A stretch of DNA of 64,000 bases from Promethearchaeota archaeon (GTDB taxonomy: Archaea; Asgardarchaeota; Lokiarchaeia; Sigyniarchaeales; SOKP01). Position 1 is the stretch's first letter, and every line of letters starts with the position of its first letter. The position numbers and the translations under genes are program-made. The stretch is from positions 32,001-96,000 of the forward strand of contig JAHPZI010000006.1 of the NCBI GenBank assembly GCA_019058295.1, read 5' to 3'. The notes under the pieces are model-generated. The model worked only from the letters and a program-made list of their open reading frames with translations, was not told the origin of the DNA and ran no database searches. This document shows positions 10,623-20,983 of the stretch, piece by piece.

Positions 10623-11615
10623 TTATACCGAAATTTCTCTTTTCTTTAAGCTTATCAATCCATAGATTAAAAGAAATACAGCAATACCAATCCAAACTAA
10701 CAAGGAAACCCATGGATATACATAATCTGTCCTTTTCATGCCGCCAGGGTTGATGCCTTGGTCGGGATCCGTAGGTGATGCAATATCATATACCCCAGTG
10801 AACTGAGCAAACCAAGTTTGCCATTCTGCTACTGGAGGAATTGCATTAAAGAAGTCTAAAAAGCCAACATAGATATTTCCTAAATGATATCCAAGATCGA
10901 TGATATATAAATAATAAGTCTCATAAGAATCAGCGAGGAACATTTTGAGAATCATCATACCTAAGAAAGAAAAAATCACTAAGAAAATTACTATTAATCC
11001 AGCATTTCTTGGTCGATTTACGATCGATGATAGTGCTAATGTAATACTGCAAAAAATAAGTAAAAGGACCAAAGAATAAAGATAGGTCACAAATAGGAAC
11101 GGAATGATTCCAAAAAAGTGAATAATGTTGGCAGAATATCTTAGTACAGCTATCCATCCTATTGAAAAAATGGCAACAAAACTTAGAGTAGCACCATAAA
11201 GGAATAATCCAATATATTTACCAATAAATATTTTCACTCGCATAATTGGTTTACTTACTAATATCAACATAGTTCCTGAATGAACCTCTTCGGAAATAAG
11301 CGAAGCTCCACTAGTACCAATAATGCAGATAAAGGAAATTCCTAAAGTCCAAAAGAATAGTATAAAAACAATAGCAATACTTATAGCTGCTGCAGCGTGC
11401 TGAGGAGAGATTGATTCATATTCAATTGTTGATGGAAAAGCAATAGTGACTATTAGAGGAATGAGCATAATAATTAAGGAAACGAGAAATTTCTTAAGCG
11501 ATGCTAATTCCTGAAATGTTTTTTTAACTAAGATAAGTGTATTTCTGTGTGTTTCTTTCTCTACTCCTTCTGTATCTTTTCTTGAAAAAACTGTTTTTAA
11601 TTTTGCGATGCTCAT
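10623..11615 (-). CDS. ABC-2 type transporter permease
   Basis: ISEEVHSGTMLILVSKPI.R..IFIGKY motif, ~6 TM; ATGA overlap with ATPase gene. Confidence 0.92.
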   Translation of the reverse strand: MSIAKLKTVFSRKDTEGVEKETHRNTLILVKKTFQELASLKKFLVSLIIMLIPLIVTIAFPSTIEYESISPQHAAAAISIAIVFILFFWTLGISFICIIGTSGASLISEEVHSGTMLILVSKPIMRVKIFIGKYIGLFLYGATLSFVAIFSIGWIAVLRYSANIIHFFGIIPFLFVTYLYSLVLLLIFCSITLALSSIVNRPRNAGLIVIFLVIFSFLGMMILKMFLADSYETYYLYIIDLGYHLGNIYVGFLDFFNAIPPVAEWQTWFAQFTGVYDIASPTDPDQGINPGGMKRTDYVYPWVSLLVWIGIAVFLLIYGLISLKKREISV

Positions 11616-12592
11616 TTTTTATCACCCTTTTCTACATAAACTTCCATAAAAATATCTTGAAGTGAGATTTCAGGTATATGGAAGCTATATAATATTGCGT
11701 TATTTTCTAATATCACCTTAGGCATTTCCTGCTTAAGTTTGTCCGCATCTTTAGGTATTATTTGGATTGTTCCATCTTCTTCTTTTAGCCATGTATTTTG
11801 GATATAATCTTTCCGTTCTAAAGATTTTAAAATTTGCTCGTTCTTATTGGTGTCTAATTCATATGTATTGCCGATGTATTGTTGCTTAATATTTTTTAGA
11901 GTATCAGAGATAACAATTGCACCCTTATTAATCATAGTTACTCTGTCGCACATCTGTTCAATTTCAGATAAAATGTGGCTTGATACAAAAACACTTACTG
12001 TTTTAGAGATTTCCTTAATTTTATCAATAATATTTGCGCGTCCTATAGGATCTAAATTAGCTGTTGGCTCATCTAATATAAGAAGTTTCGGTTTGTGTAT
12101 TAATGCTGCCGCTATACCAATTTTTTGTTTCATACCACCTGAATATTCACCGATAGGTCTAGTTCTATCATTAAAAATATCAAAATAAACACACAATTCT
12201 TGAGCTCTCTTCCTTGCTTCCATCTTATTCAATCCTCCCAACTTTCCCATATAAATCAAATATTCTTCTCCTGTCATCTTGTCGTAAAACACTGGATCTT
12301 GAGGTAAAAATCCTATTAAGCGTCGTGCTTCTACTGTACCTGCTTTTTCGTTTCTGATTTTTGCTTCACCCGACGAAATAGCAAGGGCTCCAACCAACAT
12401 ATTCATTGTTGTTGTCTTACCAGCTCCATTAGGACCAAGAAAACCATGAATTCCAGGTTCTATGCGTAGATTTATTTTCTTTACAGCTTCAAATGCTTTG
12501 TCTTTTTTCCCATAGATTTTTTGAAGTTCATGACTCCAAATTTCATATTGAAATTCTGCTTCTTTCTCATATGCTTTCTTTCTCTTAATCAT
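11612..12592 (-). CDS. ABC-2 type transporter ATP-binding protein
   Basis: GPNGAGKTT Walker A, YSGGMKQK signature, LILDEPT Walker B, SSHIL. Confidence 0.97.
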   Translation of the reverse strand: MIKRKKAYEKEAEFQYEIWSHELQKIYGKKDKAFEAVKKINLRIEPGIHGFLGPNGAGKTTTMNMLVGALAISSGEAKIRNEKAGTVEARRLIGFLPQDPVFYDKMTGEEYLIYMGKLGGLNKMEARKRAQELCVYFDIFNDRTRPIGEYSGGMKQKIGIAAALIHKPKLLILDEPTANLDPIGRANIIDKIKEISKTVSVFVSSHILSEIEQMCDRVTMINKGAIVISDTLKNIKQQYIGNTYELDTNKNEQILKSLERKDYIQNTWLKEEDGTIQIIPKDADKLKQEMPKVILENNAILYSFHIPEISLQDIFMEVYVEKGDKK

Positions 12593-15500
12593 ATCTGTAT
12601 CTCCTCCATTTCTTTTTCTTTATCGACTAAAACGATATTTGCTTTTCTCTTTTTATTTCGTTTATAAAATATAACAAGAGCGCTAATAACTACGGCTATT
12701 ATTGCAGTTAAAATGAACATAGAATAATCGACTGGAACTATAATTGTAACTTCATCCACTGCGATGACTATACCACTTTTATCATACATGAAAATTTGAA
12801 CATTTTTTTCACCAGGTCCAAGAGATACTTTACAAGACAATGATTCTGTCCTATTATAAACATTTCCATCAATTATTAACTCGAAGAAATCGTAGTCTGC
12901 ATCCGTTTCCCATTCAATAGTGAATCTACTCGATGACATCTCATTATCCTCATCATCTTCGAGGTCAGAGAATTCAACTTCAAATTCTGAATTTATGCAA
13001 AAGAACGATTCACCACTTGCAATAATAAATTCCGATCTTCTATCACCTGTAAAATCATCGGTTAAATATATTCCGTCAACACTTCCTAAATTAAACCTAT
13101 AGAGTAATTCTTGATTGTATATATCTAATAGATCTGTAATAGAACCAGTTATATAAGCATCCTCTGAACGTGTATATGTATTATGGCTGCAAATAATTTC
13201 ATCCTTTCCATCTCCATTAAAATCACCTATGTTTTCGATAACATCGAAAAATTCATAAGTTACATCTTCCCAGTCATAAGTTTGTTCATATGGCTCTAAC
13301 TCCCATGCTTCTTTAGCAAAACCACTGTCATCATCATCATCATCGTCATCATCATCACCAACATCATCACCATAATCCCATTCGTCAGGTTCAATTTTTT
13401 CTAATTCAACACCAGAACTATGAGCAATATCTAATGGTAAAATTGCTGCGCCTTTTGAATATAAATTATCATCCCAACCACTCTTACAAGATTGCGTTCC
13501 AATAATTCCATCGAGAATATTGTCTTCATTGAGATCACTTGTATACGCAAATGGCAGCGTAAATGTTCGTTCGTCTGAAACGATTCTATTCCCTTCCTCA
13601 TAGTTTTCGCTAATCTTACCATCTTCAATTATTTCTTCTAGATCAATGTCAACAATTGCATCGCCAGGACTACCTGAAGATCCACTAAAAATTCTAATAC
13701 TTCGACCCCAATGGGCGGAAGCTAAATGCTCATAATAACCATCCCCAGTTAAGTCAGCGTACGAAAATTTAATTTTATAACCGATATAAGTCGGTCTAAA
13801 ATCATTCTTTACACGCGTCCATTCACTTCTTCCGAGGGGGTCCAAGTTAAGGAGATTTATATAACAGACAAGAGATTGGGTATAAGGATCAATAATTTTT
13901 ATTCTTTGTAAATTATTCTCTGTATCGTAATCACCTAAAATTAATCCTAACTTTCCAGATTTATACTCTGTTGTACCTGGAATTTCATAGAAACTCCATT
14001 GACTATAATTAAGAGACATTGCATCATTATAAGAAATCGTTGGATCTATATAATTATCATAGTTAGTTATTGCATTATCCCAATCAGCATCATTGATGTA
14101 TCTATGAGAAAATTTAGTTGAAGGAACCTGAAATGTGCCACTTAAAATCCAACCGTTTAAGCTGTGATTCAAATATGTAGCGCTAACACGATTATAAGGA
14201 ACTTTAGCTCTACAATCATGACCCCACTGAGTAGAAACGCTCTGATTTTTCACGTCATAAAGAATTAATCTTGATGACCAATCACTACACGTTTCAAATC
14301 CAGCTACTACTAATACATCAGGATACTCATCTCCGTTACCATTTATAACCTCAAAATCTTGAATTTTAAGATTTAAAATATTATCTAAATTCTCGTCCCA
14401 TTGATCAGTTTCCAAATTATACACATAATATTGGTCCCATTCATTTCCAAATACTCCCCAGTAGAACAATGCAACCCCAAAGCTATCAATAGATATATTG
14501 AATGGACTTGTGTGGTTAATGGTAATACGTAATCTCAAAGTATTGTCTGATCCTAAGAACGGTGTTAATAGAGACTTATTCTCGTAATCAAATCTTACAC
14601 CATTATCTACACCCCATACTTCTGTTGTATTATACGTTCCCCGTTGAATTACAAACACGCTATCATTTCTATATGTAGTAGTTAAATTAAAACTTAAATG
14701 ATTGTTTCTAAATCCGCCCGGGTTAGTTGTATCATCATTGTATCTACCAATCCATTGAGACAAATTATAATCATTATTATCCAAAGTTCTTTGGGATGCA
14801 TCAATCTGCATTTTTTCCCAAGTATTACCGTTTTCATTATAGATTTCATACTTAAAATCTGCAGGTTCAATAGTAATATTTGCTGCGATCATAGTCTGTA
14901 GTTTAAGAGCTGATATTCTTTCAATTTGAGTAAGAGCATGATAATCAGTTCCGAATTCTAAAGGAATGGTAAAATTAAGTATAATCTGCCATATATTGTC
15001 TTCGTCTAGGTCTTCTGCTTTGATCGTATAATTTCCGAGCTCATATAGATAATTGACAACTAATTCATCAATCGATAAATCAAAACTGCTAGAATGTTCT
15101 GCATCAATTCTAATCTTTACTAAGTTATTATTATCATCATCAACAAAATCAACGACCTCAGCCCATTCATCTTCTAAGAATTGCCATGTCTGAACAGTAG
15201 TCGAATTTATTGAGTTCGGACCTATACTTCTCCAATCATTAATAAAGAAATCAAATATTGAAATTTCTATCTCATCAACTACTTTTGAGAGGTTTCCGAT
15301 ATAGTCCACGATGAGATAATTTGGAAGAATTCCAAGATCTAATGGTTGATTGAAAGCCATTTCTATTGCTATTCTCTGTTTTCCTCCAGAAGAGACCGAA
15401 TCAACAGTCCAAAAATTATTATCCTCTTTTTCAGTATCTTCAGAGGAGCTAATTACAGCAGCACCGGTTTTTATATCTGCCGTTGCGTCAGTGGAAGTTA

Positions 15501-17901
15501 TAGTATGATTATCTCCGGTAAGACCAAATAAATCGAAAAATGAATCGGTTGAATTTCCTGATTCAAGTCCAACTTCCGTTGCATGTGTTAAAGTAGAGTA
15601 AGGCCAATAATCATACCATAGAATATCATTCCTATCTAAAGGATTGTGCCAACTATTTGGAATCTCACCATATGTTCTATGATATATATCACCCTCTTTC
15701 GATTCTAAACCAGAGGGACTAATGAAGGTTCCATCATTTTTGAAATCTCGATAATATTTATAAGGGAAATCGACTAAAGGTCTTTCCCAGATTATTTCAG
15801 CATTTTTACCGCTAATTGCCAAGAATCTTGTATAGGGTGCTAATAATGCTCTATTGATTGCTTCTTCCCTGTAATTATTTTCACCGTCCTCATCATAAGA
15901 TGTTATTGAAACGGTTGATTGTCCAGTAAGATCTTTAATATAATCTTCGAGCTCTGGAGGATATGCACTCGGCATTATCCATCCAGCATAATCATCAATA
16001 TTATCATCATCAATATCCCCGATGTTAACAATATCTCTAAATCCCTCGTAATAATTAATGGGGGATTTAGTCTCCCATATTACTCTTCCTGTTGCTCCAC
16101 TAATGGTCAAGAATTCAGAGATCAAAGTTTCATCCTCAGTAGGGTCTCCATCCTGTATCTTATACGATTGCCAGCAATTAACCCCCATATCTTCACCTTC
16201 AAATTCCCTCCATGTTGGGTCAAAACTACTGATTCTCTGAAATAGGAAGTCTCGTACTTTATCACCATCAATATCTTCAATCTGAATCAGTTCTGTACCT
16301 CCCGTTGCTTTAGATCTAGACCATAGAATTTGCCCGTTTTTCGTATCGATAAGCATATATTTACCATCATCACCAATAGCAAACAAATCATCAACACCAT
16401 CATCATTAGTATCTCCTACATTTAATAAATACTTACCAACAGTATCAGTATCGTCATAATCATCGTCCCAGTCATCTCCCGTCCTAACGACAATAGATGA
16501 TCCCGATGAGTCCAAGCCGTAGGAAAAATAATCATTATAGTAAATACCCTGATAATTTGAACCTTGACCTGTCGCACCTTCAAAATTATTTCTAAAGAAA
16601 TATCCTCTAGTCTTTGATCCTACATTAATGAATTCTGGATATGAAGCTGTATAAAGAGTATTATCGTAATCAAATTCACCTCCACTTATGTCTTCAATAG
16701 AATCACCATCAAAATTAAAAATAACACCCTCAAACTCGACCTCTTCTAAATTATTAAAATCCTCATCAGAATATTCCAGATGGTACGCAATTGCTATATA
16801 TTCTTTTGAACCGTCTCCATTAATGTCAATGGTATTTAATAATTTCATTCCAGCATGTTGAAAAATTCTCCGTTCACAGCTATAAGGGGAAGTTAATATC
16901 TCATTAGTTGATCCCACTTCATCATCATATTCTGGTATTTCATAAAGTTCATAGCTATCTATTTCTTCACCATCATCACCTGAGACCGCATATAAATATC
17001 CGTCATCTGTAGAAACTATTATATCATCACCGGATATAAGTATATCATCAATAGAGCTATCTACTTCTTTCTCTACTACCACTGCTAAGCTTCTAACTAA
17101 TATCGTTGTTGAAGGAGCTATTTCTGAAGTCCACTCAAGTTCTCCAGTATCCATATCAACTGCTACTAATTCTCCTGCTTCTGAACCCGCAATAATTTTA
17201 TCATCTAATTGTTCAATGTTCCAGATATCATTAGTACAAGCATCATCATTTACCCAAATTTCATCTCCCTCATCTCCCTCTAAAGCAATAATCCTATTCC
17301 AAGAGGAAATGACAACATCTTGGCCGTCTTGATCATCAATATCATCAACTACTTCAACATCCCATGTATAGGTAGTAAATTCTCGAACAGCAAAAGTCTC
17401 AGAATCATACCCTTTAACTCTTGGATCGTATTTCCAAATCTCACGCCCATCATCTGAAGCAATAGCAATGACATTAGCGTGATCTCTGTCGTATACCACC
17501 AAAACTATGTCTTTCAACCCATCTCCGGAAAGATCATTAATTAAATCAAATGCAATTACATCTCCAAATGTCATATAACTCATGCTTATGACACCATCCA
17601 ATGAGAGTGTTGCAATTCCTCCGTCAGTTCCTATAACAATGAATTCTTCTCCTCCATCTTCAAAGGTAACCTTTTGAGGCTGCATACTCGCTCCCTCACC
17701 TGGCATTCCACTTCCAAATCTCCATAATAATGAATCAATATCTTCATCTCCATTTTCTTTAGGTTCCTCGTAGTAATAATCTATTAAAGGAGGCAATATA
17801 ATCGCAAGAATTGGCACTGCTACTAATGCTGCTATTATCCCCATCGATATTGGTTTCTTATGTTTTTTAACAAATGGTTTGAGCTTAGATTTAAATTCCA
17901 T
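12589..17901 (-). CDS. 1770-aa acidic surface protein with FG-GAP/PQQ-like beta-propeller repeats, N- and C-terminal TM helices
   Basis: ~11 DxxGDG-type motifs (DLSGDGLKD, DINGDGSKE, GDTNDDGVDD, GDFNGDGKDE...), A.D..TG...W PQQ-like blades, C-terminal Ig-like segment, TM, short tail. Confidence 0.85.
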   Translation of the reverse strand: MEFKSKLKPFVKKHKKPISMGIIAALVAVPILAIILPPLIDYYYEEPKENGDEDIDSLLWRFGSGMPGEGASMQPQKVTFEDGGEEFIVIGTDGGIATLSLDGVISMSYMTFGDVIAFDLINDLSGDGLKDIVLVVYDRDHANVIAIASDDGREIWKYDPRVKGYDSETFAVREFTTYTWDVEVVDDIDDQDGQDVVISSWNRIIALEGDEGDEIWVNDDACTNDIWNIEQLDDKIIAGSEAGELVAVDMDTGELEWTSEIAPSTTILVRSLAVVVEKEVDSSIDDILISGDDIIVSTDDGYLYAVSGDDGEEIDSYELYEIPEYDDEVGSTNEILTSPYSCERRIFQHAGMKLLNTIDINGDGSKEYIAIAYHLEYSDEDFNNLEEVEFEGVIFNFDGDSIEDISGGEFDYDNTLYTASYPEFINVGSKTRGYFFRNNFEGATGQGSNYQGIYYNDYFSYGLDSSGSSIVVRTGDDWDDDYDDTDTVGKYLLNVGDTNDDGVDDLFAIGDDGKYMLIDTKNGQILWSRSKATGGTELIQIEDIDGDKVRDFLFQRISSFDPTWREFEGEDMGVNCWQSYKIQDGDPTEDETLISEFLTISGATGRVIWETKSPINYYEGFRDIVNIGDIDDDNIDDYAGWIMPSAYPPELEDYIKDLTGQSTVSITSYDEDGENNYREEAINRALLAPYTRFLAISGKNAEIIWERPLVDFPYKYYRDFKNDGTFISPSGLESKEGDIYHRTYGEIPNSWHNPLDRNDILWYDYWPYSTLTHATEVGLESGNSTDSFFDLFGLTGDNHTITSTDATADIKTGAAVISSSEDTEKEDNNFWTVDSVSSGGKQRIAIEMAFNQPLDLGILPNYLIVDYIGNLSKVVDEIEISIFDFFINDWRSIGPNSINSTTVQTWQFLEDEWAEVVDFVDDDNNNLVKIRIDAEHSSSFDLSIDELVVNYLYELGNYTIKAEDLDEDNIWQIILNFTIPLEFGTDYHALTQIERISALKLQTMIAANITIEPADFKYEIYNENGNTWEKMQIDASQRTLDNNDYNLSQWIGRYNDDTTNPGGFRNNHLSFNLTTTYRNDSVFVIQRGTYNTTEVWGVDNGVRFDYENKSLLTPFLGSDNTLRLRITINHTSPFNISIDSFGVALFYWGVFGNEWDQYYVYNLETDQWDENLDNILNLKIQDFEVINGNGDEYPDVLVVAGFETCSDWSSRLILYDVKNQSVSTQWGHDCRAKVPYNRVSATYLNHSLNGWILSGTFQVPSTKFSHRYINDADWDNAITNYDNYIDPTISYNDAMSLNYSQWSFYEIPGTTEYKSGKLGLILGDYDTENNLQRIKIIDPYTQSLVCYINLLNLDPLGRSEWTRVKNDFRPTYIGYKIKFSYADLTGDGYYEHLASAHWGRSIRIFSGSSGSPGDAIVDIDLEEIIEDGKISENYEEGNRIVSDERTFTLPFAYTSDLNEDNILDGIIGTQSCKSGWDDNLYSKGAAILPLDIAHSSGVELEKIEPDEWDYGDDVGDDDDDDDDDDSGFAKEAWELEPYEQTYDWEDVTYEFFDVIENIGDFNGDGKDEIICSHNTYTRSEDAYITGSITDLLDIYNQELLYRFNLGSVDGIYLTDDFTGDRRSEFIIASGESFFCINSEFEVEFSDLEDDEDNEMSSSRFTIEWETDADYDFFELIIDGNVYNRTESLSCKVSLGPGEKNVQIFMYDKSGIVIAVDEVTIIVPVDYSMFILTAIIAVVISALVIFYKRNKKRKANIVLVDKEKEMEEIQI
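13328..13357 (-). repeat. (GAT)n-rich trinucleotide run encoding poly-Asp in the large surface protein
   Basis: tcatcatcatcatcatcgtcatcatcatca on + strand; protein GDDDDDDDDDDSG. Confidence 0.85.
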
Positions 17902-18173
17902 TTTTTATCACATTTGTAATTAAATAGTTTTTTTATTAGATAAAAGATGAAAAAAATTAAGATGTCTATTTATTTAAAGCTTTAGTAAAATTAATTGATG
18001 AAAAAAGAGCGTTAATTATATGAATAATCTTAAAAATCCCTTAAATTAACTGAAAATAGCAAATGGGTGTAATTAATATGTCAAAAAAAAACCGGCATTA
18101 TTCTAGACTTAATAGGAGGGTTTCTTGCCAATTTTTCGACGAGTTTTTCTTTTTTTATTTTACAGAACGAGTT

Positions 18174-18959
18174 TTAATCTTCTTTTGGCAATTCCTCAGG
18201 TATTTGGAACGCATTAAATAATGTATCTAAATCCCCGCTTTTATTAAATTTTTCTTCGGTAAAAATAGGAATTGAAACTTGTAATAATTTAGTTTTAGGT
18301 TTATCTTTTTCGTGAATATATAATTCAATTCCCTGCATTTTTCTATCATTTATAATTAGACGGGGTGTGTAATTCTTAAAAAAAGTAAAACCTCTATTTA
18401 ACCTTCCTAATTTCAAGGGTTTTTTGATTTCCTTTTTTTCTGTTAAAAAAGATTCGGTTATCTCTTCATCAGTATATATATCTCCTCCTACAATCATAAA
18501 TTTTCTTATAAAATTTTCAGGGGGAGGAATTTGGTTTATATATTCTAATGATTGCTTTACACGCATCACTGGAAATATTTTAATATTAGCCTTAACTTTA
18601 AATCCACCTTCAAACTCTATAAAATCTTTTTTTCCAATAGCTAGTGCTCCTCCTCCACTAAGTGGTTTTTCCATTATATCTTGAAAAGTTTCATCTTTTT
18701 TAGAAAATTTGTTTAAAGGAGATATATTATATCTTAATTTAAGTTGTTGTTTAAGCATTTGTGCTAATCTATTACCATACATTTGTAATTTGAAAGAACT
18801 TTTATAACCATTATAAGTCCAAATTCTATTCATATTATGATCAACTATAAGGTAAACTTTGTTCTCTTTTATTACATCACTAACGATTTCACCTTCATGA
18901 ATTTCCTTAGTCATCATATAAGGAAATTCGTCTAATTTAACAACCTCAAAGACTTGCAT
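18174..18959 (-). CDS. Asgard gelsolin-like protein (one gelsolin-like domain + C-terminal X domain, 1DGelX-type)
   Basis: KVYLIVDH..NRIWTYNG..SS gelsolin core; C-term PPPENFIRKFMIVGGDIY...YTPRLII..KMQGIEL matches my recollection of the Asgard X domain. Confidence 0.65.
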   Translation of the reverse strand: MQVFEVVKLDEFPYMMTKEIHEGEIVSDVIKENKVYLIVDHNMNRIWTYNGYKSSFKLQMYGNRLAQMLKQQLKLRYNISPLNKFSKKDETFQDIMEKPLSGGGALAIGKKDFIEFEGGFKVKANIKIFPVMRVKQSLEYINQIPPPENFIRKFMIVGGDIYTDEEITESFLTEKKEIKKPLKLGRLNRGFTFFKNYTPRLIINDRKMQGIELYIHEKDKPKTKLLQVSIPIFTEEKFNKSGDLDTLFNAFQIPEELPKED

Positions 18960-19089
18960 AGAATATCCTAAAAATTTCTTTTTGTGTCAAATAAGCTATT
19001 ATTCAATAAAATATTTAAATTTTCATACCCTTTATTACTCAATTTTCTTTTTATAAGTTTACGATCTTCCTTTTGTAAGTTTGATAAAA

Positions 19090-19491
19090 ATGAGTTCTGA
19101 GAAAAGAGTATATAAATTAAATATTTCTGGTGGAAACAAAGGTCCTGGAAAGGGATTATCCAAATTAGTACAAATTGACGAGAATAAATTTAGATTTGAT
19201 GGCATGAAAATTGGAGATTCCATAAAAGGGGGATTAATTGGATTTCCTAACTACGAATTTGAGATTACAGGAGGGAGTGATGCTTCCGGTTTTCCAATAC
19301 GAAAAGACGTGCATGGTCCCGTAAAGAAAAAGATTTTAGTTTCCAAACGAGCTATAGGGTATAAACCCACAAGGAAAGGGCAAAAAAGGAGAAAAACGGT
19401 AAGAGGGAACGAAATAACCCACGATATAACTTTAATTAATCTCAAAGTTATAAAATATGGAGAAGTAGAACTTTTTAAAACAAAAGAATAA
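19090..19491 (+). CDS. rps6e: 30S ribosomal protein S6e
   Basis: EITGGSDASGFP, GQKRRKTVRGN. Confidence 0.97.
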   Translation: MSSEKRVYKLNISGGNKGPGKGLSKLVQIDENKFRFDGMKIGDSIKGGLIGFPNYEFEITGGSDASGFPIRKDVHGPVKKKILVSKRAIGYKPTRKGQKRRKTVRGNEITHDITLINLKVIKYGEVELFKTKE

Positions 19492-19510
19492 GATAAGAAG
19501 GTGACTTGAG

Positions 19511-19693
19511 ATAGTTAAGGTTAAGAAATGTTCTTTCTGTGGCTTCGACATCCCCATTGGAAGAGGGATAATGTTTGTTAGGGGAGATGGTACTATTCTA
19601 AACTTTTGTACAGCAAAATGCAGAAAATCAATGTTAAAATACAAGAAAAATCCGAGGAAAACTCGCTGGACTGCCCACTACGGCAAGCATTAA
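19511..19693 (+). CDS. rpl24e: 50S ribosomal protein L24e (apparent ATA start; absent from ORF track)
   Basis: Manual translation (M)VKVKKCSFCGFDIPIGRGIMFVRGDGTILNFCTAKCRKSMLKYKKNPRKTRWTAHYGKH; GGTGA SD 6 nt upstream; in-frame TGA at 19502. Confidence 0.93.
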   Translation: MVKVKKCSFCGFDIPIGRGIMFVRGDGTILNFCTAKCRKSMLKYKKNPRKTRWTAHYGKH

Positions 19694-19736
19694 AAATACT
19701 ATTTTTAAAAAAGAACAGCGTAAATCTACCTATCAC

Positions 19737-19937
19737 TTATTGAAGTCGTGGAAATTTTAAGAGATCATCGATTAGGTCAACATGCGAAACCACCATCCTG
19801 CGGCAGCAAAATCTATCAATACCTAGCTGAGTAAAGGCATCTTCAGAACTTACACCTTTTTCTAATAAATCAAGATAAGGTTGATAGATATGAGCGATAA
19901 GTTTACCACAAGAAAAGCATCTGATAGGAATAATCAT
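19737..19937 (-). CDS. rpo10: RNA polymerase subunit Rpo10 (N)
   Basis: MIIPIRCFSCGK...RFCCRRM. Confidence 0.98.
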   Translation of the reverse strand: MIIPIRCFSCGKLIAHIYQPYLDLLEKGVSSEDAFTQLGIDRFCCRRMVVSHVDLIDDLLKFPRLQ

Positions 19938-20089
19938 TATAATTAATTAAAAGATCCATCCTAAAAAAATTTTGATATTTTCAGCTCTAAATCATAAATC
20001 TTATTTTATAGTATATACTTATTTTCTCATTATAGACTCTATGATTAATGAAAATATATATTAATATATTAGAATGAGATGATAATGAA

Positions 20090-20461
20090 ATGTCATATGT
20101 TAAGTTTAAAGTTCCAGATAAATTAAAAGAATCAATTAAGAGTATTTTAAATGCTATCGCTGATACAAAAGATTCAAAAATCCGCAAGGGGATGAATGAA
20201 GTTACTAAAAGCATAGAACGAGGTCAAGCTAAATTTGTTGTGATGGCTGAAGATGTATCCCCTCCAGAAATATTATATCATGTACCTCTCCTATGTGAAG
20301 AGAAGAATATTCCTTATGCTTATATTACGACTAAAAAGAATTTAGGAAATGCAGCAAATTTAAATATTGGAGCTTCTTCAATCGCAATTGATAATGTTGG
20401 CACAGGAAATGAAAAGATATTAGATGATATAATAAAGCAGGTTGGAGCATTAAAAAAATAA
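20090..20461 (+). CDS. rpl7ae: Ribosomal protein L7Ae
   Basis: IRKGMNEVTKSIERGQAK..AEDVSPPEI..H.PLLCEEKNIPY. Confidence 0.98.
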   Translation: MSYVKFKVPDKLKESIKSILNAIADTKDSKIRKGMNEVTKSIERGQAKFVVMAEDVSPPEILYHVPLLCEEKNIPYAYITTKKNLGNAANLNIGASSIAIDNVGTGNEKILDDIIKQVGALKK

Positions 20462-20474
20462 TTGGTGAACCCTT

Positions 20475-20723
20475 TTGGCTAAACTTGATAAATCAAAAAG
20501 TATTGGGATGGTGGATCAATCAATTCCAGCTCAAGTTATTGCCGTTGTTGGGCGTACAGGACTTCATGGGGAGGTAACTCAAGTTAAAGTCCGTATCCTT
20601 GAAGGTAGAGATAAAAACAGAATTCTTACGAGAAATGTTAAGGGGCCTATAAGACTGGATGACATAATCATATTACGAGAAGTCGAGAGAGAAGCTCGAA
20701 AGCTGCGCGGTCGCAGACATTAA
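20475..20723 (+). CDS. rps28e: 30S ribosomal protein S28e
   Basis: [32 protein letters not shown]; TTG start 6 nt after GGTGA. Confidence 0.98.
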   Translation: MAKLDKSKSIGMVDQSIPAQVIAVVGRTGLHGEVTQVKVRILEGRDKNRILTRNVKGPIRLDDIIILREVEREARKLRGRRH

Positions 20724-20770
20724 ATAAATGGTTCTTTTTCAAGCAAGGAAAATAAGAAGAATAAAAGTGG

Positions 20771-20983
20771 TTAGTCATTTTTATTGTTTTCAAAAAATTC
20801 GAGTAGTTCTAGATTTGTATCGTATTCTTTATATAGGAATTCTCTTAGAGCAGTTCTAATAGCTTCTGATCTGGATGCGATTAACTTTTTAGAAATGAGA
20901 TATTGAATGTTCTTTTCATAATTTTCAGGTAAATTTATTGTTATATTTTTCATGGGAGGTTTACCTTCTTTTTTATCTTTCAT
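20771..20983 (-). CDS. Ribbon-helix-helix (CopG/Arc/MetJ) DNA-binding protein
   Basis: MKNITINLPE.Y...I..L......SRSEAIRTALREFL. Confidence 0.9.
   Translation of the reverse strand: MKDKKEGKPPMKNITINLPENYEKNIQYLISKKLIASRSEAIRTALREFLYKEYDTNLELLEFFENNKND

Noticed and set aside
18078-18176. 32-codon ORF MSKKNRHYSRL... with weak SD
   Set aside because: Too short, runs through a T-rich terminator-like tract, no recognisable motif.
19432-19644. 70-aa minus-strand ORF
   Set aside because: Antisense shadow of rpl24e.
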